From assembly GCA_964016885.1 (NCBI GenBank), contig OZ024766.1, forward strand, positions 5,828,001 to 5,892,000: a stretch of 64,000 nucleotides of DNA, read 5' to 3'. Position 1 is the stretch's first letter. Each line of letters starts with the position of its first letter. This document shows positions 10,967-23,600 of the stretch, in pieces. A program made the position numbers and the translations under genes. The notes beneath the pieces were generated by a model, which was not told the DNA's origin, ran no database searches, and saw only the letters and a program-made list of their open reading frames with translations. The DNA comes from Eledone cirrhosa. Taxonomy: Eukaryota.

Positions 10967-13900
10967 AATAAAGTACCAGTAATACACTGGGGTAATTGCT
11001 GGCCTTGTGCCAAAAGTAGAAACAATTAAATATATATATATATAAATAAATAAATAAAGTACCAGTAATGCACTGGGGTAATTGCTGGCCTTGTGCCTAA
11101 AGTAGAAACAATTAAATATATATATATATAAATAAATAAATAAATAAAGTACCAGTAATACACTGGAGTAATTGCTGGCCTTGTGCCTAAAGTAGAAACA
11201 ATTAAATATATATATATATATATAAATAAATAAAGTACCAGTAATGCACTGGGGTAATTGCTGGCCTTGTGCCTAATGTAGAAACAATTAAATATATATA
11301 TATATAAATAAATAAAGTACCAGTAATGCACTGGAGTAATTGCTGGCCTTGTGCCTAAAGTAGAAACAATTAAATATATATATATATAAATAAATAAATA
11401 AAGTACCAGTAATGCACTGGGGTAATTGCTGGCCTTGTGCCTAAAGTAGAAACAATTAAATATATATATATATAAATAAAGTACCAGTAATGCACTGGGT
11501 ATTTGCTGGCCTTGTGCCTAAAGTAGAAACAATTAAATATATATATATATAAATAAATAAATAAAGTACCAGTAATGCACTGGGTATTTGCTGGCCTTGT
11601 GCCTAATGTAGAAACAATTAAATATATATATATATAAATAAATAAAGTACCAGTAATGCACTGGGGTAATTGCTGGCCTTGTGCCTAAAGTAGAAACAAT
11701 TAAATATATATATATATAAATAAAGTACCAGTAATGCACTGGGTATTTGCTGGCCTTGTGCCTAAAGTAGAAACAATTAAATATATATATATATAAATAA
11801 ATAAATAAAGTACCAGTAATGCACTGGGTATTTGCTGGCCTTGTGCCTAATGTAGAAACAATTAAATATATATATATATAAATAAATAAAGTACCAGTAA
11901 TGCACTGGGGTAATTGCTGGCCTTGTGCCTAAAGTAGAAACAATTAAATATATATATAAATAAATAAAGTACCAGTAATGCACTGGGGTTATTGCTGGCC
12001 TTGTGCCTAAAGTAGAAACAATTAAATATATATATATATAAATAAAGTACCAGTAATGCACTGGGTATTTGCTGGCCTTGTGCCTAAAGTAGAAACAATT
12101 AAATATATATATATATAAATAAATAAAGTACCAGTAATGCACTGGGGTTATTGCTGGCCTTGTGCCTAAAGTAGAAACAATTAAATATATATATATATAA
12201 ATAAATAAATAAAGTACCAGTAATGCACTGGAGTAATTGCTGGCCTTGTGCCTAAAGTAGAAACAATTAAATATATATATATATATATAAATAAATAAAT
12301 AAAGTACCAGTAATGCACTGGGTTATTGCTGGCCTTGTGCCTAATGTAGAAACAATTAAATATATATATATATAAATAAATAAATAAAGTACCAGTAATG
12401 CACTGGCGTAATTGCTGGCCTTGTGCCTAAAGTAGAAACAATTAAATATATATATATATAAATAAAGTACCAGTAATGCACTGGATATTTGCTGGCCTTG
12501 TACCTAAAGTAGAAACAATTAAATATATATATATAAATAAATAAAGTACCAGTAATGCACTGGGTATTTGCTGGCCTTGTGCCTAAAGTAGAAACAATTA
12601 AATATATATATATATAAATAAATAAATAAAGTACCAGTAATGCACTGGGTATTTGCTGGCCTTGTGCCTAAAGTAGAAACAATTAAATATATATATATAT
12701 AAATAAATAAATAAATAAAGTACCAGTAATGCACTGGGTAATTGCTGGCCTTGTGCCTAAAGTAGAAACAATTAAATATATATATATATAAATAAATAAA
12801 TAAATAAATAAAGTACCAGTAATGCACTGGGTATTTGCTGGCCTTGTGCCTAATGTAGAAACAATTAAATATATATATATAAATAAATAAATAAATAAAG
12901 TACCAGTAATGCACTGGGTATTTGCTGGCCTTGTGCCTAAAGTAGAAACAATTAAATATATATATATATAAATAAAGTACCAGTAATGCACTGGGTATTT
13001 GCTGGCCTTGTGCCTAAAGTAGAAACAATTAAATATATATATATATAAATAAAGTACCAGTAATGCACTGGGTATTTGCTGGCCTTGTGCCTAAAGTAGA
13101 AACAATTAAATATATATATATATAAATAAAGTACCAGTAATGCACTGGGTAATTGCTGGCCTTGTGCCTAAAGTAGAAACAATTAAATATATATATATAT
13201 AAATAAAGTACCAGTAATGCACTGGGTATTTGCTGGCCTTGTGCCTAAAGTAGAAACAATTAAATATATATATATATAAATAAAGTACCAGTAATGCACT
13301 GGGTATTTGCTGGCCTTGTGCCTAAAGTAGAAACAATTAAATATATATATATTTAAATAAAGTACCAGTAATGCACTGGGTATTTGCTGGCCTTGTGCCT
13401 AAAGTAGAAACAATTAAATATATATATATATAAATAAATAAATAAAGTACCAGTAATGCACTGGGGTAATTGCTGGCCTTGTGCCTAAAGTAGAAACAAT
13501 TAAATATATATATATATAAATAAAGTACCAGTAATGCACTGGGTATTTGCTGGCCTTGTGCCTAAAGTAGAAACAATTAAATATATATATATATAAATAA
13601 AGTACCAGTAATGCACTGGGTATTTGCTGGCCTTGTGCCTAAAGTAGAAACAGTTAAATATATATATATATAAATAAATAAATAAAGTACCAGTAATGCA
13701 CTGGGTATTTGCTGGCCTTGTGCCTAATGTAGAAACAATTAAATATATATATATATAAATAAAGTACCAGTAATGCACTGGGTATTTGCTGGCCTTGTGC
13801 CTAAAGTAGAAACAATTAAATATATATATATATAAATAAAGTACCAGTAATGCACTGGGTATTTGCTGGCCTTGTGCCTAATGTAGAAACAATTAAATAT

Positions 13901-15185
13901 ATATATATATAAATAAAGTACCAGTAATGCACTGGGTATTTGCTGGCCTTGTGCCTAAAGTAGAAACAGTTAAATATATATATATATAAATAAATAAATA
14001 AAGTACCAGTAATGCACTGGGTATTTGCTGGCCTTGTGCCTAAAGTAGAAACAGTTAAATATATATATATATATATAAATAAATAAATAAAGTACCAGTA
14101 ATGCACTGGGTATTTGCTGGCCTTGTGCCTAATGTAGAAACAATTAAATATATATATATATAAATAAAGTACCAGTAATGCACTGGGTATTTGCTGGCCT
14201 TGTGCCTAAAGTAGAAACAATTAAATATATATATATATAAATAAAGTACCAGTAATGCACTGGGTATTTGCTGGCCTTGTGCCTAAAGTAGAAACAATTA
14301 AATATATATATATATAAATAAAGTACCAGTAATGCACTGGGTATTTGCTGGCCTTGTGCCTAAAGTAGAAACAATTAAATATATATATATATAAATAAAG
14401 TACCAGTAATGCACTGGGTATTTGCTGGCCTTGTGCCTAAAGTAGAAACAATTAAATATATATATATATAAATAAAGTACCAGTAATGCACTGGGTATTT
14501 GCTGGCCTTGTGCCTAAAGTAGAAACAATTAAATATATATATATAAATAAATAAATAAAGTACCAGTAATGCACTGGGTATTTGCTGGCCTTGTGCCTAA
14601 AGTAGAAACAATTAAATATATATATATATAAATAAAGTACCAGTAATGCACTGGGTATTTGCTGGCCTTGTGCCTAAAGTAGAAACAATTAAATATATAT
14701 ATATATAAATAAAGTACCAGTAATGCACTGGGTATTTGCTGGCCTTGTGCCTAAAGTAGAAACAATTAAATATATATATATATAAATAAAGTACCAGTAA
14801 TGCACTGGGTATTTGCTGGCCTTGTGCCTAAAGTAGAAACAATTAAATATATATATATAAATAAATAAATAAAGTACCAGTAATGCACTGGGTATTTGCT
14901 GGCCTTGTGCCTAAAGTAGAAACAATTAAATATATATATATATAAATAAAGTACCAGTAATGCACTGGGTATTTGCTGGCCTTGTGCCTAAAGTAGAAAC
15001 AATTAAATATATATATATATAAATAAATAAATAAATAAATAAAGTACCAGTAATGCACTGGGTAATTGCTGGCCTTGTGCCTAAAGTAGAAACAATTAAA
15101 TATATATATATATAAATAAATAAATAAAGTACCAGTAATGCACTGGGGTATTTGCTGGCCTTGTGCCTAAAGTAGAAACAATTAA
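10967..15185. repeat. ~4.2-kb tandem array of the 3' end of SINE family B (~72-90 bp units, roughly 55 copies)
   Basis: Unit aaataaagtaccagtaatgcactgggtatttgctggccttgtgcctaaagtagaaacaattaaa(ta)n directly follows a full SINE at 10837. Confidence 0.93.
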
Positions 15186-15229
15186 ATATATATATATATA
15201 TAAATAGAGAGAGAGAGAGAGAGATCTAC

Positions 15230-16490
15230 CTTGTCTGTTTGTCCTGTTTTTACAGACGTTCTTGTGTCCAAATCTCCAGTCGAGGGCCTGGTGTTTCTTG
15301 TCACAATATGTGACATTAAGACACCCTCCACACCTCTTGGGACCCGCACAACCACACACCACGCACACACTCTGGTACATCACAGCACACGGTGCCTCCA
15401 CATCATCATCATCATCATCGGCAACACCGCCATAGAAGTCGTCATCGTCGTCGTCGTCGGGTGATGCGGCGACGGCGGCGGTGTTGTTGGTGGTGGTGGT
15501 GGTCGTCGTGGCGGCGGTGTTAGTGATAGTGTTAGTGGTGGTGGTGGTGGTGGAGGCCTGGGCTTTCGTTGTCAAAGAAGAAGAAGAAGGGGAGGAGGTA
15601 GATGAAGGCTGAGGCTTCTGGTTTTGTTGTTGTTGTTGTTCCGACAGTGGCGGCGGCGTTGTTGTTGGTTTAGAAGTGCCAGTCGATGGTGGTGGTGGTC
15701 GTGGAAGGAGAGACGGAGGCTGGCTACTGTAGAAGCGATTGACGCGGGGTAACTGCGAACGGAAAACTCGGAAATTGTCGGAGGAACTGCGCCGGTTGCA
15801 GGACCCGGTGCGACACACAAAGACGAAAATGGTGCGATGGAAGGTCCTCTGGAACCTGTTAATGGGGGCGTAGACCTGCAGGAGGAATATACAGGGGGAG
15901 GAGCAGACCCTACATCTCAGCTGTTCCGGGGTGGGTAACGGAGAGAGGGAAAGCCAGGCGGGCCACCCGCCCACTTTGCTAGGGAAGAGGTGACTCCGTA
16001 ACAGCCTGCGGTCGGTCGGAGTCTCGAGGAAACCCAGGTTTACCAAATCATCATCATCGTCAACATCATCGCCATCACCATCGTCTTCTTCTTCTTCTTC
16101 TTCTTCGCTTCCATCGCGGTCGCGGTCGTGGTCGTCTTTGTGGCGGTGACAAGCCGTTCGCGGGTGATGGTCACGGGCGTCTTTCGATTTGCCGCCGTGG
16201 TCGCCCTTGCGGTGACAATCCGTTCGGAGGTGATGGCCATGTCCATCTTTCGATTTGGCGATGCCGCGACCGCCGTCGTCGTCGTCTTTGTGGTGGTGAC
16301 AATGCATTCGTGGGTGATGGTCACGGTCAGATTTCAATTTGTCGTCGTCGGCGAGGCCGTCTTTGTGCTGACAGTCCATTCGGAGGCGGTGGTCATCACC
16401 GTCCTCTTTTGTTTTCAGTTCCGCTTCTTCGATATTGTCTCCACGTTTTGGGGAGTCGGGCGTCGCCATTTTACCGGAAGTTCCTTCCAT
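15230..16490 (-). CDS. PDCD2: PDCD2 exon 1 (N-terminal extension, LGF..SKVGGWPAWL, CxxC FLLQVYAP, FHRTIFVFVC, MYND zinc finger)
   Basis: ORF 15096..16490 has PDCD2 hallmarks: FPSKVGGWPAWL, FLLQVYAP, FHRTIFVFVC, FRVFRSQLPRVN and MYND CVVC..RCGGC..YC..HQ..DW..HK..C. Donor gtagat at 15229. The start is either ATG 16490 or, more likely, ATG 16469 (AAAATGGCG). Confidence 0.93.
16464..16481. promoter_or_regulatory. YY1-like (AAAATGGCG) and ETS (CCGGAAGT) motifs at the probable PDCD2 start
   Basis: Plus strand gcgtcgccattttaccggaagt. Adjacent YY1 and ETS motifs are typical of housekeeping gene starts; binding is not demonstrated. Confidence 0.45.
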
Positions 16491-16569
16491 GAGGTTTTAG
16501 ACAAAGCTAGCATCTCTCAGCGAAACCGCCGATACGTATTCACGTACGCGCGTGTGTATATATTGATTT

Positions 16570-16769
16570 ATGTGTATATCTGTATAATTATATATATATA
16601 TATATTTATACATAATTATACAAATAAATAGACACGGGCGAGTGTATATATATATATATATACACTCGCCCGTGTATATATATATATATATATATATATA
16701 CACTCGCCCGTGTCTATTTATTTGTATAATTATGTATAAATATATATATATATAATTATACAGATATAC

Positions 16770-16772
<3 letters not shown>
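16570..16772. repeat. long palindrome immediately upstream of PDCD2
   Basis: tatctgtataatta..aaataaatagacacgggcgagtgt and acactcgcccgtgtctatttattt..taattatacagata are reverse complements around a (TA)n centre. Confidence 0.85.
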
Positions 16773-16801
<29 letters not shown>

Positions 16802-16922
16802 TCCTCTTCCTTACTTTTTTCCCCTTTTCCAATCTCCTATATCCTTTTAAATTTATTTATCATGTTGCTTAGACACTACATTGCTCACAAGTGTTTTTTT
16901 TAAGCTTCATATCACGTCTCCC

Positions 16923-16993
16923 TATTTTATCTGATGAGAACGCAAATATCGTCCCAGGATGATATTTGCTTTTGAAATGCGCATAATAAAATA
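16923..16993 (+). ncRNA. type I hammerhead ribozyme motif with palindromic stem III
   Basis: TATTTTAT-CTGATGA-long stem II (GCAAATATCGTCC/GGATGATATTTGC)-GAA-ATGCGCAT-A-ATAAAATA: 8-bp stem I and AUA triplet. Confidence 0.82.
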
Positions 16994-17289
16994 CATGGAA
17001 CTTTTTTAACCATCTTTTAATTTCTTCTTATTTATATATATATATATATGAAAAGAGCCGTGACACCGACGGCTGAGCTCCAGCCGTTTCGACAGCTAGA
17101 TCTGAAATAAGCCGTCGGGGTCATGATTTTGTTCCTCTTACCCACTCTACTACCCTAAGTATTGAGTACTCTGGTGTGTTATGGTCCATCTGGTATCTTA
17201 ACACACTTTCTTTGTTTTATATATATATATATATAATTATATTTATATGTGTGAATATATATCTATACGCATATATATAATTATATTTA

Positions 17290-17961
17290 AGAAGGGTTTC
17301 TCCCTGCGTACGAAAGGCCGGTTGTATGATGCCTGTGTGAGGAGCGCGATGCTGCATGGTAGTGAGACATGGGCAGCTACCGCAGAAGATATGCGACGGC
17401 TGGAGAGAAATGAGGCAAGCATGCTCCGTTGGATGTGCAGTGTAAATGTGCGTGAACGACCCAGCATAAATGTGTTGAGAGAGAAACTGTGTCTGAGAGG
17501 GATAGAATGTAGTGTACGGGAGAGGAGACTGAGGTGGTATGGACATGTGATGTGTTGAGAGAGAAACTGTGTCTGAGAGGGATAGAATGTAGTGTACGGG
17601 AGAAGAGACTGAGGTGGTATGGACATGTGATGTGTTGAGAGAGAAAATGTGTCTGAGAGGGATAGAATGTAGTGTACGGGAGAGGAGACTGAGGTGGTAT
17701 GGACATGTGATGCGCATGGAGGATGACCGATGGGTGAAGAAGTGCCAGGAAATGCCAGTTGAAGGAAGACGTAGTAGAGGTAGACCACGAAAAACATGGG
17801 CGGAGGTGGTGAGAAGAGACCTCAGATCATTGAAGCTCACGGTGGAGATGACGAGGGACCGTGACGAGTGGAGAGATGCTGTGCTGAATAAGACCCGTCC
17901 CACCCTTGCAAGCAGGGAAAAGCGGACGTAAAATGATGATGATGATGATGATGATGATGAT
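17290..17961 (+). mobile_element. RTE LINE 3' fragment with an internal 60-bp tandem amplification and (GAT)n tail
   Basis: Encodes KGRLYDACVRSAMLHGSETWA..RLRWYGHVMRM..GRRSRGRPRKTW, the RTE ORF2 C-terminus. Confidence 0.92.
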
Positions 17962-18344
17962 GTGTGTATATATATCTATACGCATATATATAATTATATT
18001 TATATGTGTGTATATATATCTATACGCATATATATAATTATATTTATATGTGTATATATATATCTATACGCATATATATAATTATATTTATATGTGTGTA
18101 TATATATCTATACGCATATATATAATTATATTTATATGTGTGTATATATATCTATACGCATATATATAATTATATTTATATGTGTGTATATATATCTATA
18201 CGCATATATATAATTATATTTATATGTGTGTGTATATATATCTATATAATTATATAGTAATAATAATAAATTTGAAGACTAAAATCCAAAGAGGGCTCAA
18301 TAAGGATAAATATATAATTATAATTAGATTTATGTGTGTGTATA

Positions 18345-18933
18345 ATAATAATAATAATAATGAAATTATTGTGTAAAGTGCTCAGGTGCACTACAACTCA
18401 TCAATATAGTACATAGAATAATACACAAATGTCAGGGAAGTACATGTGTGTATGTGTTAGCTGTAGTGTTGGCGGATCTCGGGAAGCATGGAGGCCTTAA
18501 AGGATGCAGTGTCTCGACAGCTAACAACTGATGCATGGAGTTTGTTCCATGGAGGCCTTAAAGGATGCAGTGTCTCGACAGCTAACAACTGATGCAGGTA
18601 GTTTGTTCCATGGAGGCCTTAAAGGATGCAGTGTCTCGACAGCTAACAACTGATGCAGGTAGTTTGTTCCATGGAGGCCTTAAAGGATGCAGTGTCTCGA
18701 CAGCTAACAACTGATGCAGGTAGTTTGTTCCATGCTTCAGCAACTCTGAGCGTGAAAAAATGTTTCCGAAAGTCATGGGAACTGTGCTGTTTTCTGACTT
18801 TGTGGGCATGTCCACGTGTGTTAGACACATGGAAATCGAAAAGGTACTCAGGGTTGTTGTTGGCAACATGGTTAACAATTTTGTGGGTGTTTACCAAGTC
18901 AGTTGCCAGGCGTCGGAGCTTCAATGAATCCAT
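18345..18933 (-). mobile_element. CR1-type LINE 3' fragment with a 61-bp x4 tandem repeat
   Basis: SLKLRRLATDL..TRGHAHKV..RKHFFTLRVAEAWNKLP is the CR1 ORF2 C-terminus; (TTA)n tail. Confidence 0.88.
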
Positions 18934-18949
18934 GTGTATATATATATCT

Positions 18950-20150
18950 ATATAATTATAATTAGATTTATATGTGTATATATATATATATATATATAAT
19001 TATAATTAGATTTATATGTCTATATATATATATATATCTATATAATTATAATTAGATCTATGTGTATATATATATCTATATAATTATAATTAGATTTATG
19101 TGTGTGTATATATATATATATCTATATAATTATAATTAGATTTATGTGTGTGTATATATATATCTATATAATTAGATTTATGTGTGTGTATATATATATC
19201 TATATAATTATAATTAGATTTATGTGTGTATATATATATAGCTATATAATTATAATTAGATTTATGTGTGTATATATATATATATATAATTATAATTAGA
19301 CTTATGTGTGTGTATATATATATCTATATAATTATAATTAGATTTATGTGTGTGTATATATATATCTATATAATTATAATTAGATTTATGTGTGTGTATA
19401 TATATATCTATATAATTATAATTAGATTTATGTGTATATATATATATATATAATTATAATTAGATTTATGTGTGTATATATATATATAATTATAATTAGA
19501 TTTATGTGTGTATATATCTATATAATTATAATTAGATTTATGTGTGTATATATATATATATATATAATTATAATTAGATTTATGTGTGTGTATATATATA
19601 TCTATATAATTAGATTTATGTGTGTATATATATATCTATATAATTATAATTAGATTTATGTGTGTGTATATATATATCTATATAATTATAATTAGATTTA
19701 TGTGTGTATATATATATATCTATATAATTATAATTAGATTTATGTGTGTATATATATATCTATATAATTATAATTAGATTTATGTGTGTGTATATATATA
19801 TCTATATAATTAGATTTATGTGTGTATATATATATCTATATAATTATAATTAGATTTATGTGTGTATATATATATATATAATTATAATTAGATTTATGTG
19901 TGTATATATCTATATAATTATAATTAGATTTATGTGTGTATATATATATATATAATTATAATTAGATTTATGTGTGTATATATATATATCTATATAATTA
20001 TAATTAGATTTATGTGTGTATATATATATCTATATAATTATAATTAGATTTATGTGTGTGTATATATATATCTATATAATTAGATTTATGTGTGTATATA
20101 TATCTATATAATTATAATTAGATTTGTGTTTGTATATCTCTATATAATTA
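18950..20150. repeat. AT-rich ~35-45 bp minisatellite (tataattataattagatttatgtgtg(ta)n)
   Basis: Visible periodicity. Confidence 0.9.
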
Positions 20151-20634
20151 TATATGTGTGTATACATAAGTATATGATGTAATGTGCAGACCAGATGTGA
20201 TGCATGGGAAGCAACTCTGTGAACTGAGATCAGCTCTCACCACCTCCACCCAGGTCATCCTCTACTGCAGCTTCCTTCCACTTCTTCACCCAACAATCAC
20301 CATCCATACACATCACATGTCGATACCAGTGCAGTCCTCCTCTCCTATACACTACATCTGATTCCTCTTACACCCAGGTCTTCTTTCCACTGGGATGACT
20401 TGGCATTTCATCCATACGCATCACATGTCGATACCAGTGCAGTCTTCTCTCCTACATATTACAATTGATTCCTCTTATACCCAGGTCTTCCTCTACTGGC
20501 GTTTCTTCACCCACACGTATCACATGTCCATACCAGAGCAGTCTTCTCTCCTACACACCACATACGATTCCTCGTATCCCGTTTTCCTGTCTAGGTCTTC
20601 CTTCCGCTGAGAACTCCTAGCTTTTCTTCACCCA

Positions 20635-23600
20635 CACATGTCCATACCAGAGCAGTCCTCTCTCCTACACACTACATCTGATTCCTCTTATACCCAGTTT
20701 TTCTCTCAGCTTAGGTCTTCCTTCTACTGAGAACTCTTTTCTTCACCTAACAATCATCATCACATGTCCATACCAGTGCAGCCCTCTCTCCTACACACAT
20801 CTGATTCCTCTTATACCCAGTTTTTCTCTCAGCTTAGGTCTTCCTTCTACTGAGAACTCTTTTCTTCACCTAGCAATCATCATCACATGTCCATACCAGT
20901 GCAGCCCTCTCTCCTACACACATCTGATTCCTCTTATACCCAGTTTTTCTCTCAGCTTAGGTCTTCCTTCTACTGAGAACTCTTTTCTTCACCTAGCAAT
21001 CTTCATCACATGTCCATACCAGTGCAGCCCTCTCTCCTACACACTACATCTGATTCCTCTTATACCCAGTTTTTCTCTCAGCTTAGGTCTTCCTTCTACT
21101 GAGAACTCTTTTCTTCACCTAGCAATCTTCATCACATGTCCATACCAGAGCAGTCCTCTCTCCTACACACTACATCTGATTCCTCTTATACCCAGTTTTT
21201 CTCTCAGCTTAGGTCTTCCTTCTACTGAGAACTCTTTTCTTCACCTAGCAATCATCATCACATGTCCATACCAGAGCAGTCCTCTCTCCTACACACTACA
21301 TCTGATTCCTCTTATACCCAGTTTGTCTCTCAGCTTAGGTCTTCCTTCTACTGAGAACTCTTTTCTTCACCTAGCAATCTTCATCACATGTCCATACCAG
21401 AGCAGTCCTCTCTCCTACAGACTACATCTGATTCCTCTTATACCCAGTTTTTCTCTCAGCTTAGGTCTTCCTTCTACTGAGAACTCTTTTCTTCACCTAG
21501 CAATCATCACATGTCCATACCAGAGCAGTCCTCTCTCCTACACACTACATCTGATTCCTCTTATACCCAGTTTTTCTCTCAGCTTAGGTCTTCCTTCTAC
21601 TGAGAACTCTTTTCTTCACCTAGCAATCATCACATGTCCATACCAGAGCAGTCCTCTCTCCTACACACTACATCTGATTCCTCTTATACCCAGTTTTTCT
21701 CTCAGCTTAGGTTTTCCTTCTACTGAGAACTCTTTTCTTCACCTAGCAATCTTCATCACATGTCCATACCAGAGCAGTCCTCTCTCCTACACACTACATC
21801 TGATTCCTCTTATACCCAGTTTTTCTCTCAGCTTAGGTCTTCCTTCTACTGAGAACTCTTTTCTTCACCTAGCAATCTTCATCACATGTCCATACCAGAG
21901 CAGTCCTCTCTCCTACACACATCTGATTCCTCTTATACCCAGTTTTTCTCTCAGCTTAGGTCTTCCTTCTACTGAGAACTCTTTTCTTCACCTAGCAATC
22001 TTCATCACATGTCCATACCAGAGCAGTCCTCTCTCCTACACACTACATCTGATTCCTCTTATACCCAGTTTTTCTCTCAGTCCAGGTCTTCCTTCTACTG
22101 AGAACTCTTTTCTTCACCTAACAATCTTCATCACATGTCCATACCAGTGCAGTCCTCTCTCCTACACACATCTGATTCCTCTTATACCCAGTTTTTCTCT
22201 CAGCTTAGGTTTTCCTTCTACTGAGAACTCTTTTCTTCACCTAGCAATCATCATCACATGTCCATACCAGAGCAGTCCTCTCTCCTACACACTACATCTG
22301 ATTCCTCTTATACCCAGTTTTTCTCTCAGCTTAGGTCTTCCTTCTACTGAGAACTCTTTTCTTCACCTAGCAATCTTCATCACATGTCCATACCAGAGCA
22401 GTCCTCTCTCCTACACACTACATCTGATTCCTCTTATACCCAGTTTTTCTCTCAGCTTAGGTCTTCCTTCTACTGAGAACTCTTTTCTTCACCTAACAAT
22501 CTTCATCACATGTCCATACCAGAGCAGTCCTCTCTCCTACAGACTACATCTGATTCCTCTTATACCCAGTTTTTCTCTCAGCTTAGGTCTTCCTTCTACT
22601 GAGAACTCTTTTCTTCACCTAGCAATCTTCATCACATGTCCATACCAGAGCAGTCCTCTCTCCTACAGACTACATCTGATTCCTCTTATACCCAGTTTTT
22701 CTCTCAGCTTAGGTCTTCCTTCTACTGAGAACTCTTTTCTTCACCTAACAATCATCACATGTCCATACCAGAGCAGTCCTCTCTCCTACACACTACATCT
22801 GATTCCTCTTATACCCAGTTTTTCTCTCAGCTTAGGTCTTCCTTCTACTGAGAGCTCTTTTCTTCACCTAACAATCATCACATGTCCATACCAGTGCAGC
22901 CCTCTCTCCTACACACTACATCTGATTCCTCTTATACCCAGTTTTTCTCTCAGTCCAGGTCTTCCTTCTACTGAGAACTCTTTTCTTCACCTAGCAATCT
23001 TCATCACATGTCCATACCAGAGCAGTCCTCTCTCCTACACACTACATCTGATTCCTCTTATACCCAGTTTTTCTCTCAGTCCAGGTCTTCCTTCTACTGA
23101 GAACTCTTTTCTTCACCTAACAATCTTCATCACATGTCCATACCAGTGCAGTCCTCTCTCCTACACACATCTGATTCCTCTTATACCCAGTTTTTCTCTC
23201 AGCTTAGGTTTTCCTTCTACTGAGAACTCTTTTCTTCACCTAGCAATCATCATCACATGTCCATACCAGAGCAGTCCTCTCTCCTACACACTACATCTGA
23301 TTCCTCTTATACCCAGTTTTTCTCTCAGCTTAGGTCTTCCTTCTACTGAGAACTCTTTTCTTCACCTAGCAATCTTCATCACATGTCCATACCAGAGCAG
23401 TCCTCTCTCCTACACACTACATCTGATTCCTCTTATACCCAGTTTTTCTCTCAGCTTAGGTCTTCCTTCTACTGAGAACTCTTTTCTTCACCTAACAATC
23501 ATCACATGTCCATACCAGAGCAGTCCTCTCTCCTACACACTACATCTGATTCCTCTTATACCCAGTTTTTCTCTCAGCTTAGGTCTTCCTTCTACTGAGA

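Noticed and set aside
10967-15185. CRISPR-like repeat-spacer appearance
   Set aside because: Spacers are only (TA)n/(TAAA)n, the repeat is a SINE tail, the context is a eukaryotic intron and there are no cas genes.
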